A program made the position numbers and the translations under genes. A DNA stretch of 64,000 nucleotides from Salinispira sp. Lineage in GTDB: Bacteria > Spirochaetota > Spirochaetia > DSM-27196 > Salinispiraceae. Below are positions 48,170 to 58,410 of the stretch, piece by piece (within the stretch, counting starts at the first letter, position 1; each line of letters begins with the position of its first letter). The notes under the pieces were generated by a model. The model ran no database searches and was not told the origin of the DNA. It worked only from the letters and a program-made list of their open reading frames with translations. The DNA is taken from contig OZ271918.1 in assembly GCA_965602015.1 (NCBI GenBank), positions 512,001-576,000 on the forward strand, given 5' to 3'.

Positions 48170-50419
48170 TCAAGAAATCATGATTGAAAGGATGGAAAGT
48201 CGATACCAGCGCTGCCAGCCGGGAAGACCGGTGGCGGATGCCCCCGGCTGATTCAACGCGCCGGAAATCCCCGTGAGAACCGCATCCAGTTCATCTTTCG
48301 AGAGGCATTTCTCTAATGCGCCGCGATAATCGCCGTTTTCCATCCATTGCCGGATTTGCGATAAGCCGGGCACACGCCCGGTTTCTACGGCAAACAGCTG
48401 TTCTTCAAAGACGTTTTGTCCAACCGGAAGAAAATCCCCGGGTTCGCCAACCCCCTCCTTTTTACGCCGTTCGGTGAAAAAAACCTGTTCGCCCGCGGCG
48501 AGTTTCTCCGCGAGCCTGGTGTCGGCTTGGGGCAGCCGGGAGAACCAATGCGAAAGGGAAGGGCGGATATGGGCAGCTGAGTCAAGCTGGCACATAATCC
48601 CCGGCATATTGTCAGTCCCTTGCTCACCCCACAATGATGTCCCGATTTTCGCCGTTTCCCGGCTGCCGCCAAAAAACAGCATGAGATCTGCCGGCGGAAG
48701 ATCCTCCGGGCTCACGGCGGCATCGAGTATGACCGGTCTTTCCAACTCGGGCGACTGGGCAGCCAGGTATTGTACCCGTTCCCGCTCATCAGAATCGTAA
48801 AAAAGCGCCGAAACCTGTCCTTCGGGACAGCGCCTCAGAGCTTCCCATACCAGGGGGCCGATGTGCTCGCCCGCCAGGATTATGCGGCTGGAGCGGGTCA
48901 TTCCGGTCCGGGTTTCCAGCAGATCAAACAAGGTGTTTCTCAGGTTCTCCAGGCTGGCGGTCAGCGATCCCTCGCTACGCTCGATCCACTGTTCCCGCTC
49001 ACGGCCGCCTCGGCTCTCCCGTCCGGAGTAAGAGAGGATCTCCCGGTACGGGTCGCGATCCAGTTCAAGCTGCAGCTCCCGGCGCCGCAGAACCGACTCA
49101 TAGCGCTGGGCTTCAAATCCGAGCCTTCCCCCGGGGTAAAACACTCTTCCGCGCAAATCGCCGGGGAGGTAATTCTGGGCGACCCAGTGTTCGGAAAACG
49201 CATGGGGATACTGGTAGCCCCTGCCGTGACCGAAGATCTCTTTGTCACGGCTTGCATCTTTCAAGTGATTCGGCACATCGCTGTTGGCGTTTTCGGCCTT
49301 AACGGCTTCCAGGGCATCGAAGTAGCCAAGGGTCGAGTTGCTCTTCGGGGCGGTCGCCAGGTAAATGGCCGCCTGCGCCAGGAAAAACTGCCCCTCCGGC
49401 AAACCGACCCGGTCAAATGCCTTGGCGGCGCTTTCGACCTGAGCAAGGGCATCGGGATCGGCCATTCCGATATCCTCCGAGGCGGAAATCAGCATTCTGC
49501 GGAAAATGAAGCGGGGACTTTCGCCGGCGTGGATCATCCTTGCCATCCAGTAGAGGGATGCGTCGGGATCCGATCCTCGTATGCTTTTGATAAATGCCGA
49601 GATACTGTCGTAGTGATAATCGCCTGACTTGTCATAGAGGACGGCTTTCTGCTGGATGCTGTCCTCGGCAATTTCCAGGCTTATGTGTATATCGCTGCCG
49701 GCGGGCGGCGGGAAGTCCGGAACTGATGTCTCTACTGCAAGTTCAAGAGCACCCAAAAGAGCCCGGGCATCACCCCGGGATGCACCGATGAGATGGTTTT
49801 TGGCGTCTTCTTCTATATATATATGATACTGTCCGTAGCCCCGAACCGGATCGGCCAGACATTGTTGTAATATTTTATCCAGATCCCCGGAAGTCAGGCT
49901 CTTGAGCTGAAAAATACGGCTTCTTGAGACCAGAGCCGCATTTACTTCGAAGTAGGGGTTTTCCGTTGTGGCCCCGATGAGGATAAACGTACCGTTTTCC
50001 ACCCATGGCAAAAGAGCATCCTGCTGCGCCTTGTTCCAACGGTGAACCTCATCGATGAACAGGATTGTTCGGCGGCTGTAATACGCCTTTTGGTTTTTTG
50101 CTTCTTCAATGGCTTCCCGGATTTCTTTGACTCCGGAGAGGACGGCGTTGATGCTTTGGAATCGGCTCTTGGTGGTTTCGGCTATGATGCGGGCTAAGGT
50201 GGTTTTGCCGGTTCCCGGCGGGCCGGAAAAAATAAGCGAGCTGAGCTGATCTGCCTCGATTGCCCTTCGAAGAAGCCTTCCTGGAGCGAGAATGTGCTCC
50301 TGACCGGCGAAATCCTCAAGGGTTCGGGGACGCATTCTGCTTGCCAGAGGTTCGCCCGGACCGGTACCTTGATGATTGCCGGTGTTTCCGGTAAAAAGAT
50401 CACTGGACCCTTTGCTCAT
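48170..50419 (-). CDS. rarA: Replication-associated recombination protein A (MgsA) with ~300-aa C-terminal extension
   Basis: PLASRMRPRTL, GPPGTGKTT, FIDEVHRWNKAQQD, ATTENP, ISAFIKSIRGSDPDA, ASEDIG, PKSNS, YQYPH. Confidence 0.92.
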   Translation of the reverse strand: MSKGSSDLFTGNTGNHQGTGPGEPLASRMRPRTLEDFAGQEHILAPGRLLRRAIEADQLSSLIFSGPPGTGKTTLARIIAETTKSRFQSINAVLSGVKEIREAIEEAKNQKAYYSRRTILFIDEVHRWNKAQQDALLPWVENGTFILIGATTENPYFEVNAALVSRSRIFQLKSLTSGDLDKILQQCLADPVRGYGQYHIYIEEDAKNHLIGASRGDARALLGALELAVETSVPDFPPPAGSDIHISLEIAEDSIQQKAVLYDKSGDYHYDSISAFIKSIRGSDPDASLYWMARMIHAGESPRFIFRRMLISASEDIGMADPDALAQVESAAKAFDRVGLPEGQFFLAQAAIYLATAPKSNSTLGYFDALEAVKAENANSDVPNHLKDASRDKEIFGHGRGYQYPHAFSEHWVAQNYLPGDLRGRVFYPGGRLGFEAQRYESVLRRRELQLELDRDPYREILSYSGRESRGGREREQWIERSEGSLTASLENLRNTLFDLLETRTGMTRSSRIILAGEHIGPLVWEALRRCPEGQVSALFYDSDERERVQYLAAQSPELERPVILDAAVSPEDLPPADLMLFFGGSRETAKIGTSLWGEQGTDNMPGIMCQLDSAAHIRPSLSHWFSRLPQADTRLAEKLAAGEQVFFTERRKKEGVGEPGDFLPVGQNVFEEQLFAVETGRVPGLSQIRQWMENGDYRGALEKCLSKDELDAVLTGISGALNQPGASATGLPGWQRWYRLSILSIMIS

Positions 50420-50449
50420 TCCCGCACTATATCACGAGGTGGTGCTTCA

Positions 50450-52129
50450 ATGGTACACGCCAGATACTTCCGTCTTAGCCTTCTCTTCGCGGTGATATTC
50501 TCTCTTTCGCCGGCGATCTCCCCGCAGGAGGATGGGCCCGGGTCAGATAATGCAGGTCCTCGGGTATATGTGTCTTCCTGGTCGTCAGAGTATCACCATG
50601 CCCTCGACAGAGCCGTCGAACTGTTGCTTTCACAAGATGTATCTCAAGATATACGAGAAGCCGGCGGAGCATTGTCCGCCTGGCGGACCGAGTACCAACA
50701 GTCCGCCCTGCTGTTGTACCGTGAAATTCTTCCCATCGGCGAAGCCCATGACGATGCGCCGCAAATCAGCGATTCCGGCGTTGATGTGATAAGAGGCCGC
50801 ATTGAATCAGCCCGCAATGTGCTGACGGTTCTGGAACGGGCATCCCGCAGTTGGGAGGATGCAGGCGCAAAGCTGTGGGGGGAATCCCTGGGAGAACTGA
50901 TTGCCATTTCGATGGTGCTCATGCGTCCCGATATTACCCCCTCGGCTGATTTTTGGCTTTCAATGCTACATCAGGGAGTCGAAGCCTCGGAGTTTTTAAC
51001 AATCTCCGCGCTTGCCTCGCGGCGAAGTCTCAACGAGTATCTTTCCGATGGGGATTATCCTGTGGCATTTATCAATGCGCTGACCTTCAATCCCCAGGCA
51101 GCGCTGGGATTCGAATCGCTGATTCCCGATGTGGTTTCTCATATATATCATTTTGATGGACCGGCAGTGCCGGCAATACGCGACGATTCGGCTCACAGCT
51201 ATAACCGGCTGGTGGACCGCAGGGTCTTCCTGGATATTAGCTCGAGACCCGACAGCCGTTGGCCGGACTATCTCTCGGACTTGAGCCGTTTAGAGAGGAG
51301 TTTGAACAGCATACTCCCGGCAAGTCTTTCCGGTCCGCCCCTAAATGAGCGGCTCTTTCTGCCCGACGGTCAGTTCAGCGATTCATACTGGGCCCTGCTC
51401 AGTCTGCTTGAAAACCCGTTTTACATCACAAACGCAGACCGGGCGGCACAGGTAGAGCAAATATACCTGGGCTATCTGGAGGATATCCGCCGGGTATACC
51501 CCGGCGAACTTGAGCTTTACGCCGCTTTGATTGAACCGTCCGGACAGGGGCCCGAGTTTTCTCTCTCTCCCCTCGGCCAGGCGCGCCGGTACACCCTGGC
51601 GCTGATCGACGGGGAACGTCCGCGGGAGGGGCTCAGTCTTCAGGGGCTTTGGTCGGAGCTGAGCAGGGGCGCCGGAGGCATAAGCCCTGACGACCCCTGG
51701 CATCTGCAAAGCGGGTTGTATGTGGTGCGCCGGGATGCCCTGCCCGCCGACCCGGCAAGTCTGACCGACGGCTTGGCAGCCCTCTCTATGCTGATTTCCG
51801 TCGCCGAGGAACTCGGGGGAGCATTGTCCGGGATCGATACCATGGATCCTGCGATTCCCTACCTGCTTTCATTAAGACGAATGATGATCTTCCAGGACAT
51901 CAGAAGCCTTGTTCTCCAGGAGGGCTTGTGGGACGACGTGGACCTCGAACTGAGGGTTTGGCTCAATTTGAATACGAATCTTCTCCGGCATATTCTCGCC
52001 GGGGAGGCGGTAAACATTCCCTTGGCAATCGAGCAAATCAGAATCGGCGTAAACCGTCCGGAGGCAGAAACCCAGCTGATTGACCAATTAAAGCAGAGAC
52101 TTGCGGGCCGAGTAGGGGATGCGCCATGA
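50450..52129 (+). CDS. Exported hypothetical protein
   Basis: GAGGTGG SD, signal peptide, 559-aa Leu-rich ORF. Confidence 0.7.
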   Translation: MVHARYFRLSLLFAVIFSLSPAISPQEDGPGSDNAGPRVYVSSWSSEYHHALDRAVELLLSQDVSQDIREAGGALSAWRTEYQQSALLLYREILPIGEAHDDAPQISDSGVDVIRGRIESARNVLTVLERASRSWEDAGAKLWGESLGELIAISMVLMRPDITPSADFWLSMLHQGVEASEFLTISALASRRSLNEYLSDGDYPVAFINALTFNPQAALGFESLIPDVVSHIYHFDGPAVPAIRDDSAHSYNRLVDRRVFLDISSRPDSRWPDYLSDLSRLERSLNSILPASLSGPPLNERLFLPDGQFSDSYWALLSLLENPFYITNADRAAQVEQIYLGYLEDIRRVYPGELELYAALIEPSGQGPEFSLSPLGQARRYTLALIDGERPREGLSLQGLWSELSRGAGGISPDDPWHLQSGLYVVRRDALPADPASLTDGLAALSMLISVAEELGGALSGIDTMDPAIPYLLSLRRMMIFQDIRSLVLQEGLWDDVDLELRVWLNLNTNLLRHILAGEAVNIPLAIEQIRIGVNRPEAETQLIDQLKQRLAGRVGDAP

Positions 52130-52142
52130 TTGAGGATGCGTC

Positions 52143-54023
52143 ATGAATAGACAACTAATCGAAAAAACCTTTTCCCGCAGCCCCCGGTTCAAACTGATCC
52201 TTGCCGCAGCTGTATGGACCATGCTTCTCGCCCTGTTTTCCTGCGACGGGATCTCACAAAACGATGAGCAGACCGACGATTCATCGCAATCGGTAACTAC
52301 TCAAGATGAGCCCGAGCTCCTCGATCCCTGGGAGTCGATAGCCCAGCTTCGAATCCTTCCAGCCTGGTTCACCGTTTCTCCCGTGCAGAACCCGATACAC
52401 AGCAAGTCTCCGGGATTTCGGCTTGATACCTTAAGCGGCGAACTCATCCGGCTGGACAATGAAGCCGCCAGGCAGTACGCCACAGTTGAACTACCGCCGT
52501 CCCTGCTGGAGCCTTCCCTGCCGCCCACCGGGGAGCAGATGTCCTCTACCTGGTATCCGGCGCTCATCGAAAACTACCTTCTTACTCCCGAGCAGCCCGG
52601 CGGCATTACGCTGTACGATGTCATAAACCGCAGCAGCCGAACAGTTTACCTTCCGGGCGGCGCCATAAATTCCGTTTCCTATCAGCCCCTCATACCCGGT
52701 TCCTTGTTCCTCTCAAGCAGATTTGCTGCGGTTTCCCGCATCAGCCTGGATGGCTCGGGCCGCCAATGGACGACGGGGTATGCCAGACCGGTGCGCATTC
52801 TGGGCATCAGCGGCCTGAATCAGGATGACAGCGAGGACGACGGCCGGGACGACGGCCGGGACGACGGCCAGGACGATGCGGTTGAAGGCGCTGAGGGTGA
52901 AGGCGCTGAGGTAGAGGATGAAGATTCCGGGAGAAGAGACGAAGACCAGCAGGCCGGCGACACTCAGGACACGGGAGATAGTATTCAACCGGTGCTGATA
53001 CTGGTCAGCGATAGCGGCTGGTTTGCTATCGTCGATCCGGATAGCGGAGAGCTTATCGATCGCAGTTTGGATATGCCGGGCTTTCGCGCGGCGGCCCTGT
53101 CCGGGGACGGCAATCTTTTGCGGAGCGGAGGCGGAAGCGCGGAGATGCTACGCTTGACCAGAGAGGGAGAAATCCTGTCTCTGGTAAAAACCTCACTTCC
53201 CTGGAGATCTCCCCAATCGGTCGCCCTCAACGGGAACCTGATGCTCGGCCTGGTCCCGGAGGACCCGTCGCCTGAGACTGAAGAAGATGCGTCTGGGACG
53301 GAGCCGGTCAATAAGGCATCAACCCTGATTTTTGCCGTTGATCTGCTGAGCCGCGAGGTTCCCTGGACCTTTGTTCTCGAAGGCGGCTATGACAGGATTA
53401 TCCCCGTGGGCGGCATGGGCTACCTGCTGGAGTCCGATGAACACTTCCTTTTTATGCGCTTGAACGGTTCAGATGCCCGTCGGGATTTTCCGGTCTTCCT
53501 GCATTACCCGGCTTCCACGCCAGGCCGCTCCGGACTGTTTGAAATTTCGCGTCACATCGTTCCCCGGCTCGACGCTCCGGGGTTTGAGGAAATAGTCGGC
53601 CAGACTCTTCGTCCCGAACTACGCCTGGCCTTGCCGGTGAACTCGGTTTCAGAATCATTCGCCCTTGTCTTGGGACCGGCCCAGCTCGAGGCTATCGGGC
53701 GGGCGACCGGCGCCGACGGCAGCGATTTTATTCACAAGGACCGCAACTACCGGTACAGCGTTTCGTCGGAGGTTCTGCCCCTTGAAATAGCGGTTAATCC
53801 TCAGGTGAGAAGGCGGGGGCGGTTTTCCGTGGAGTCCACCCGTCAAATTCTTTTGCGTATTTTTGATGACCGGGGAAACGAACTTCTCTCGAGCCTGGAC
53901 AAGGTTAGTCTGGAGCCCGAACTGGACTACACCCTCGATCCGGGGCAATATGTGCTCCGCCTTGAGGATGCGGGCGGCGAGGTGCCCGAGGATTCGTTTG
54001 TGCTTCTCCACCGGAATTTTTAA
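52143..54023 (+). CDS. Lipoprotein with possible beta-propeller (PQQ-like blades) and acidic insert
   Basis: Lipobox LFSC; blade-like AIVDPDSGE, FAVDLLSREVPWT, ISLDGSGRQWT; C-terminal LDPGQYVLRL. Confidence 0.65.
   Translation: MNRQLIEKTFSRSPRFKLILAAAVWTMLLALFSCDGISQNDEQTDDSSQSVTTQDEPELLDPWESIAQLRILPAWFTVSPVQNPIHSKSPGFRLDTLSGELIRLDNEAARQYATVELPPSLLEPSLPPTGEQMSSTWYPALIENYLLTPEQPGGITLYDVINRSSRTVYLPGGAINSVSYQPLIPGSLFLSSRFAAVSRISLDGSGRQWTTGYARPVRILGISGLNQDDSEDDGRDDGRDDGQDDAVEGAEGEGAEVEDEDSGRRDEDQQAGDTQDTGDSIQPVLILVSDSGWFAIVDPDSGELIDRSLDMPGFRAAALSGDGNLLRSGGGSAEMLRLTREGEILSLVKTSLPWRSPQSVALNGNLMLGLVPEDPSPETEEDASGTEPVNKASTLIFAVDLLSREVPWTFVLEGGYDRIIPVGGMGYLLESDEHFLFMRLNGSDARRDFPVFLHYPASTPGRSGLFEISRHIVPRLDAPGFEEIVGQTLRPELRLALPVNSVSESFALVLGPAQLEAIGRATGADGSDFIHKDRNYRYSVSSEVLPLEIAVNPQVRRRGRFSVESTRQILLRIFDDRGNELLSSLDKVSLEPELDYTLDPGQYVLRLEDAGGEVPEDSFVLLHRNF
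52836..52913 (+). repeat. In-frame 12-bp and 15-bp tandem repeats
   Basis: GACGACGGCCGG x2 plus GACGACGGCCAG; GAAGGCGCTGAGG x2. Confidence 0.85.
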
Positions 54024-54079
54024 ACTCTGCTTCGAAAAACTGGAAATATTACGGGGTTTTTCGTAGAGTTTAAGCCATA

Positions 54080-55135
54080 ATGCTTTTAGGAAAGCAGGTT
54101 CACGGTGAAGAGTCCACGGCCTCTTCCACATACGCCAGGCACGCATCGAGCGCCTTTAATCGCAGGATGCACAAAATTCTACAGGATCTCTGCAGGGAAA
54201 TTGCCGGCGAACTTTCCGGAAAGCTCTATGCTGTCATCCTCGGCGGAAATTACGGCCGGGGAGAAGGCGGGATCAGACGGGTGGTTGAAGGTCATGGTTC
54301 GGGGGTGTGGTCCATTGGGGAGGCGCCGGCGGAAGATATCGACATCCTCATCGTGTCATGGTTTGACCTTCGGGGACGGCATGATGTCATGTCCGGAATC
54401 CTCAAGAAGTATGAGGGCATATTTACGGTTCCAATCGATCTCGCGCCGGTCATCACCCCGCCCCGTCTGTTTTCCATTCCCCGCCGGTTCAACTGGCTTC
54501 GCCTTATCAGCAACTCCAAGGTTCTCTACGGTCCGCCACGGCTGCCTCAGATCCTCTCACACCGCTATGGCCAGGCGTTCGCCGCAGACCCCTGTCTCGC
54601 ATGGAGCCTGCTTCTGGATCAGGGGCTTCGACTTATCGATGTCATCGCCCTTGAGCAGGGTCTGAAAGAACAGAGCGGCGAGACGAATATCCTGGTCCAT
54701 CAGGGTAAATTCTTCAGGGAAATCGCCCAGGCCATTATCATCGCCGCCGGCCGCTATCAGCAATCCGGAGATCTCCAGCTTCATGAATACATTGTTCTTA
54801 TCGATGAGGAAATACAAAGCCACGAGCATTTGAAGCTCTTGAAAACCCTGCTTCCCAAAGCCCTCTCTCTTCTGAAGGAGCCTGAACAGATGGCTCTCGA
54901 TATGCCGGAGAACTGGTTGTTTCATCTGAATTTATGGCTTGAAGCATTTACCTATTGCCAGGAGCACATAAAGCCCTGCGCCGGTTTTCTTCTTACCAGG
55001 CGGCTGGGTAAATGCCGAAAGGCCATAACTGAAATCGCGGCAAATAAGGGCGTTGTAGCCCCGCAGACCATCAGACTCGTTCAAAAACAAATAAAACTGC
55101 TTCACTGGATACGGCATCACGTCTTCTTCGCGTAA
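54080..55135 (+). CDS. Pol-beta-type nucleotidyltransferase-like protein
   Basis: VILGGNYGRGEGG...EDIDILIV, later IDL and KVLYG; helical C-terminus. Confidence 0.6.
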   Translation: MLLGKQVHGEESTASSTYARHASSAFNRRMHKILQDLCREIAGELSGKLYAVILGGNYGRGEGGIRRVVEGHGSGVWSIGEAPAEDIDILIVSWFDLRGRHDVMSGILKKYEGIFTVPIDLAPVITPPRLFSIPRRFNWLRLISNSKVLYGPPRLPQILSHRYGQAFAADPCLAWSLLLDQGLRLIDVIALEQGLKEQSGETNILVHQGKFFREIAQAIIIAAGRYQQSGDLQLHEYIVLIDEEIQSHEHLKLLKTLLPKALSLLKEPEQMALDMPENWLFHLNLWLEAFTYCQEHIKPCAGFLLTRRLGKCRKAITEIAANKGVVAPQTIRLVQKQIKLLHWIRHHVFFA

Positions 55136-55141
55136 TGCGGA

Positions 55142-56287
55142 TTACTGCAGATCTGCTTCGTCTCCCCGGATTTTCCCCTGAGATGCGATTTCCTTGTCCA
55201 GATCGGAAATGGTTTTTTTCACCCTGTCGATCTGTTCCTTCAAGTCATCGTACTGCTTTGTGAGTTTGTCTTCTTTCAAGCTGAATCGTGCCTTTTCTTC
55301 TTGCAGGGCAAGAATCTTCTGAGCCGCCTGCAGTCGGCGGATTTTTTCTTCCTTCGCCCTATTCTCTTCGATGAGCTGGGTAATATTCCCGTAGAATTCC
55401 GAAAGGGTTTCCGGTGGCTTTGATGAAGTCTCATGGTACAGAAGCCTTCCCGCATCGGTGAGAATTCTTCTCTGCTCCTCGTCGACTTCGGATATTCTGA
55501 TCTGTAATTCGGTAATCTGGGCGTCCGGTTTGCTCGAGCCGACCTGTTTGGTCAGCTCCGCGCTGATTTCCGTCAGTTGCTTGTGCTGTTTTTCGATGAT
55601 CTTCTGGATCTCATCGATTTTGCTCTGCTGTTTGACAACCGGATCCATTATGCCCTTCAATTGTGATGATTGGCTGTCCGACGCAGCTGCTCTGTTCTTT
55701 ACCAGATCTGCGCCGGTTTTTTCCAACGCTTCGCTGATTTTTTTGGCAAGGCCTTTGTGCTGATTCTTTTGGAACTGAAGCTTTGTCTGGCTCACGAGCC
55801 GCTTTATGATCGGATCTGACTCGCTTTTCTTTTGGAGCCCTTCTATCCGGGATTCTACATTGAACTGATCGCGATGCAAGCTGTCGAGTTCGGAAAACCC
55901 CGGCGCCAGCGGGAGGTAGCTTTGAGGCGATGAGGCATACAGCTCGAACGCTTTCGCGCCGAAATCCCGCAGCATCTCCCGGTATTCACTCCGGAGTTTA
56001 ACTATCTCGTCTTCCCGCCCTTTTATGCTGCCCTCAACATCCTGCTGAGCATTTACCAGTTCTTCAATTTTTCCGATATGGGCGATAAGTTCGTCTTTTT
56101 TGGAGTTGTGATCCCCTGCGGTTTCCAGCAGCTCGCTGAGATTTTTTTGATTTTCATCTTTTACCGGCTCTGCGAGGTCTTTGTGCTCCATGACCGCCGT
56201 TCCGATATGCCAGTATTCCTGGTTGATGATGTTTTTGTTTATCGTGAGATCTCTCTCGTAGTTTTGGATTTGCGCGCTGTAATCCAT
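55142..56287 (-). CDS. Coiled-coil protein with four ~82-aa repeats
   Basis: K/E/Q-rich heptads; GAGGAG SD; recurring hydrophobic-Gly motif. Confidence 0.75.
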   Translation of the reverse strand: MDYSAQIQNYERDLTINKNIINQEYWHIGTAVMEHKDLAEPVKDENQKNLSELLETAGDHNSKKDELIAHIGKIEELVNAQQDVEGSIKGREDEIVKLRSEYREMLRDFGAKAFELYASSPQSYLPLAPGFSELDSLHRDQFNVESRIEGLQKKSESDPIIKRLVSQTKLQFQKNQHKGLAKKISEALEKTGADLVKNRAAASDSQSSQLKGIMDPVVKQQSKIDEIQKIIEKQHKQLTEISAELTKQVGSSKPDAQITELQIRISEVDEEQRRILTDAGRLLYHETSSKPPETLSEFYGNITQLIEENRAKEEKIRRLQAAQKILALQEEKARFSLKEDKLTKQYDDLKEQIDRVKKTISDLDKEIASQGKIRGDEADLQ

Positions 56288-56488
56288 GCCTTTGCTCCTC
56301 AGCTGGGTAGGGTCGTGAGCGAAACTATCTTCTTCCCCAATTCAAGTGTGACAGATAGGACGGCTATATTCCAGAGTTCTACCCTTATATTTGCCCATGA
56401 TCAAGGTTCTTTGTGTTTCGCAAAATCGGTGGATGATCCCGGGTTCATACCGGTGGACGTCGGCCAAATTTATTTTTATTTTTTCACC

Positions 56489-56881
56489 ATGAGCGACAAG
56501 AAAGAGAAAATCATCAAAGACTGGAAGAACGTGCTTCCCGTCGATGTGTACGAAGTGACCAGGAATAACGGCACCGAGCCTCCGTTCACCGGCAAATACT
56601 ATCTGGAAGAACGGGACGGCACCTATTGCTGCTCAAATTGCGGTACCCAACTGTTCAGTTCGCACACTAAGTATCACAGCGGCAGCGGATGGCCGAGTTT
56701 CTTCCAGCCGGTTTCACCTGACGCAGTAGTCGAGATTCGCGACACCAGTCACGGCATGGTTCGCACCGAGGTGCGATGCGCCGCTTGTGATGCCCATCTT
56801 GGACATGTGTTCCCCGACGGACCGAAACCGACAGGAATGAGATACTGCATCAACTCCCTCAGTCTCGACTTGGAAGGGTAA
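56489..56881 (+). CDS. msrB: Peptide-methionine (R)-S-oxide reductase
   Basis: [36 protein letters not shown]. Confidence 0.95.
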   Translation: MSDKKEKIIKDWKNVLPVDVYEVTRNNGTEPPFTGKYYLEERDGTYCCSNCGTQLFSSHTKYHSGSGWPSFFQPVSPDAVVEIRDTSHGMVRTEVRCAACDAHLGHVFPDGPKPTGMRYCINSLSLDLEG

Positions 56882-56969
56882 AGCGCCGGTATCTAAAACA
56901 GAATTGTCTCCTCTTTTATCGACATTTCCCGATATCCCCTCTTGGTCGTTTTTTTCTGTAAAATTTTGG

Positions 56970-56998
56970 TTGACAGCTACTCTGACTGGCTATAGCAT
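56970..56998 (+). promoter_or_regulatory. Sigma70-type promoter of the sugar ABC operon
   Basis: TTGACA (56970-56975), 17 bp, TAGCAT (56993-56998). Confidence 0.7.
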
Positions 56999-57009
56999 GG
57001 TGCCTGAAC

Positions 57010-57048
57010 TTAACCGGTTTACTAAAACGATTTACTAAACCGGTCTAC
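57010..57048 (+). promoter_or_regulatory. Three tandem 13-bp LacI-type operators
   Basis: TTAACCGGTTTAC / TAAAACGATTTAC / TAAACCGGTCTAC: CG-centred palindromes just downstream of the promoter. Confidence 0.7.
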
Positions 57049-57104
57049 AAAACGCACTTCCTTCTCATAACCAATGAGAAGGGCAATCTACTAGGGGGTA
57101 GACC

Positions 57105-58322
57105 ATGAAAAAACTTCTCGTGCTCGCTCTGGTACTTGTTGTTGCAGCTTCTGCGGTTTTCGCAGAGGGCGGACAGGAAGGCGCCGGATCCGATGAAGTT
57201 ATGATTACTCTGTGGACTCAGGAAGGTGAGTCTGACGGATCGCTCCAGTTCATCCTGGACAAGACTGATGAGTTTATGGCGGCAAATCCGAACATTACTG
57301 TTGAAGTAGTGCAGAAGGATACCGAAGCTCTTCGCGAAGATTTTCAGACCGCATCTCTTGCTGGCACCGCTCCTCAGCTTCTGTGGACCGTTTCCGACCA
57401 TGCAGGTCCCTTCACCGCTGCAAACCTGATCCAGCCCGTTGACGGCCTCTATGATGCAGATGCATACGTAGAATCCGTAATCCTCGACGGCCGCACCTGG
57501 GCAGTACCCATCTTTGTTGGTAACCACCTGATGCTGCTGTACAACAAAGACATTGTTGCCGAAGCTCCCGCTACTTTCGAAGAACTGATCGCTTTTGGTC
57601 AGGATTTCACCGATGGTGAGAACTACGGTCTTGTATACAATGTAACCGAGCCCTTCTGGATGGTTCCCTTCCTTGGCGGATACGGCGGCGGCGTTTTCGC
57701 GGCTGACGGCGTGACTCCCAATCTGAACACTCCCGAAATGGTTCGGACTCTTCAGTTCATGTCTGACCTGAAGTTCGAGTATGGCATCACCCCCGCTGAA
57801 GCGGACTACGGCACCATGGATACCCTTTTCAAAGAAGGAAAAGCTGCTTTCATCATCAACGGTGACTGGAGCCTCGGCGACTACCAGGGCGTCCTCGGCG
57901 ACAGCCTCGGCGTTGCTTCCATGCCCAGCCTTCCCGGCGGCGACATACCCCGGCCCTACACCTCCGGCAAGTACTTCATGATTGCCAACGGTGTTTCCGG
58001 TGCTGAACTCGAAGCTATCGGTCAGTACGTTGAGTTCATGATCAGCGATGCAGTCCTTCTCGAAGGAACCGCTCTTCTGAACCGTCTTCCCGCTTCTCTG
58101 AGCGCTCTTCAGGATCCCTCAATCACTTCTAACCCGATCCTCGAAGGTTCTGCAGCCCAGCTGGCTACCGGCGTTCCCATGCCCACCGTTGTTGAAATGC
58201 GTGCGAACTGGGATGCCATGAAGCCCGAGCAGAATGCTGTGCTTGCCGGCACCAAGACTGCTGCACAGGCTGCAGCGGACATGCAGGTTGCTGCTGAGAA
58301 CGCAATCGAAGCTCTGCAGTAA
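57105..58322 (+). CDS. Sugar ABC substrate-binding protein (maltose/maltodextrin-like)
   Basis: Signal peptide VFAEGGQE, LLYNKD, APATFEEL, INGDW, PMPTVVEMRANW. Confidence 0.85.
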   Translation: MKKLLVLALVLVVAASAVFAEGGQEGAGSDEVMITLWTQEGESDGSLQFILDKTDEFMAANPNITVEVVQKDTEALREDFQTASLAGTAPQLLWTVSDHAGPFTAANLIQPVDGLYDADAYVESVILDGRTWAVPIFVGNHLMLLYNKDIVAEAPATFEELIAFGQDFTDGENYGLVYNVTEPFWMVPFLGGYGGGVFAADGVTPNLNTPEMVRTLQFMSDLKFEYGITPAEADYGTMDTLFKEGKAAFIINGDWSLGDYQGVLGDSLGVASMPSLPGGDIPRPYTSGKYFMIANGVSGAELEAIGQYVEFMISDAVLLEGTALLNRLPASLSALQDPSITSNPILEGSAAQLATGVPMPTVVEMRANWDAMKPEQNAVLAGTKTAAQAAADMQVAAENAIEALQ

Positions 58323-58358
58323 GCCGGACTTTAACAGTCGTTCTTGAGTTAAAGGTAT

Positions 58359-58396
58359 GGGCACCGATACTGCTAAAATATCGGTGCCCTTTTTTT
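58359..58396 (+). terminator. Hairpin plus U-tract between binding-protein and permease genes
   Basis: GGGCACCGAT-loop-ATCGGTGCCC-TTTTTTT. Confidence 0.75.
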
Positions 58397-58410
58397 GGGG
58401 GTAATAGCAC

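Noticed and set aside
54080..56287. CBASS or toxin-antitoxin system from the NTase plus coiled-coil gene
   Set aside because: Genes are convergent, and no effector, HEPN RxxxxH or CD-NTase-specific features were recognised
56078..56488. N-terminal extension of MsrB in the ORF track
   Set aside because: Overlaps the opposite-strand gene; ATG 56489 gives a normal 130-aa MsrB
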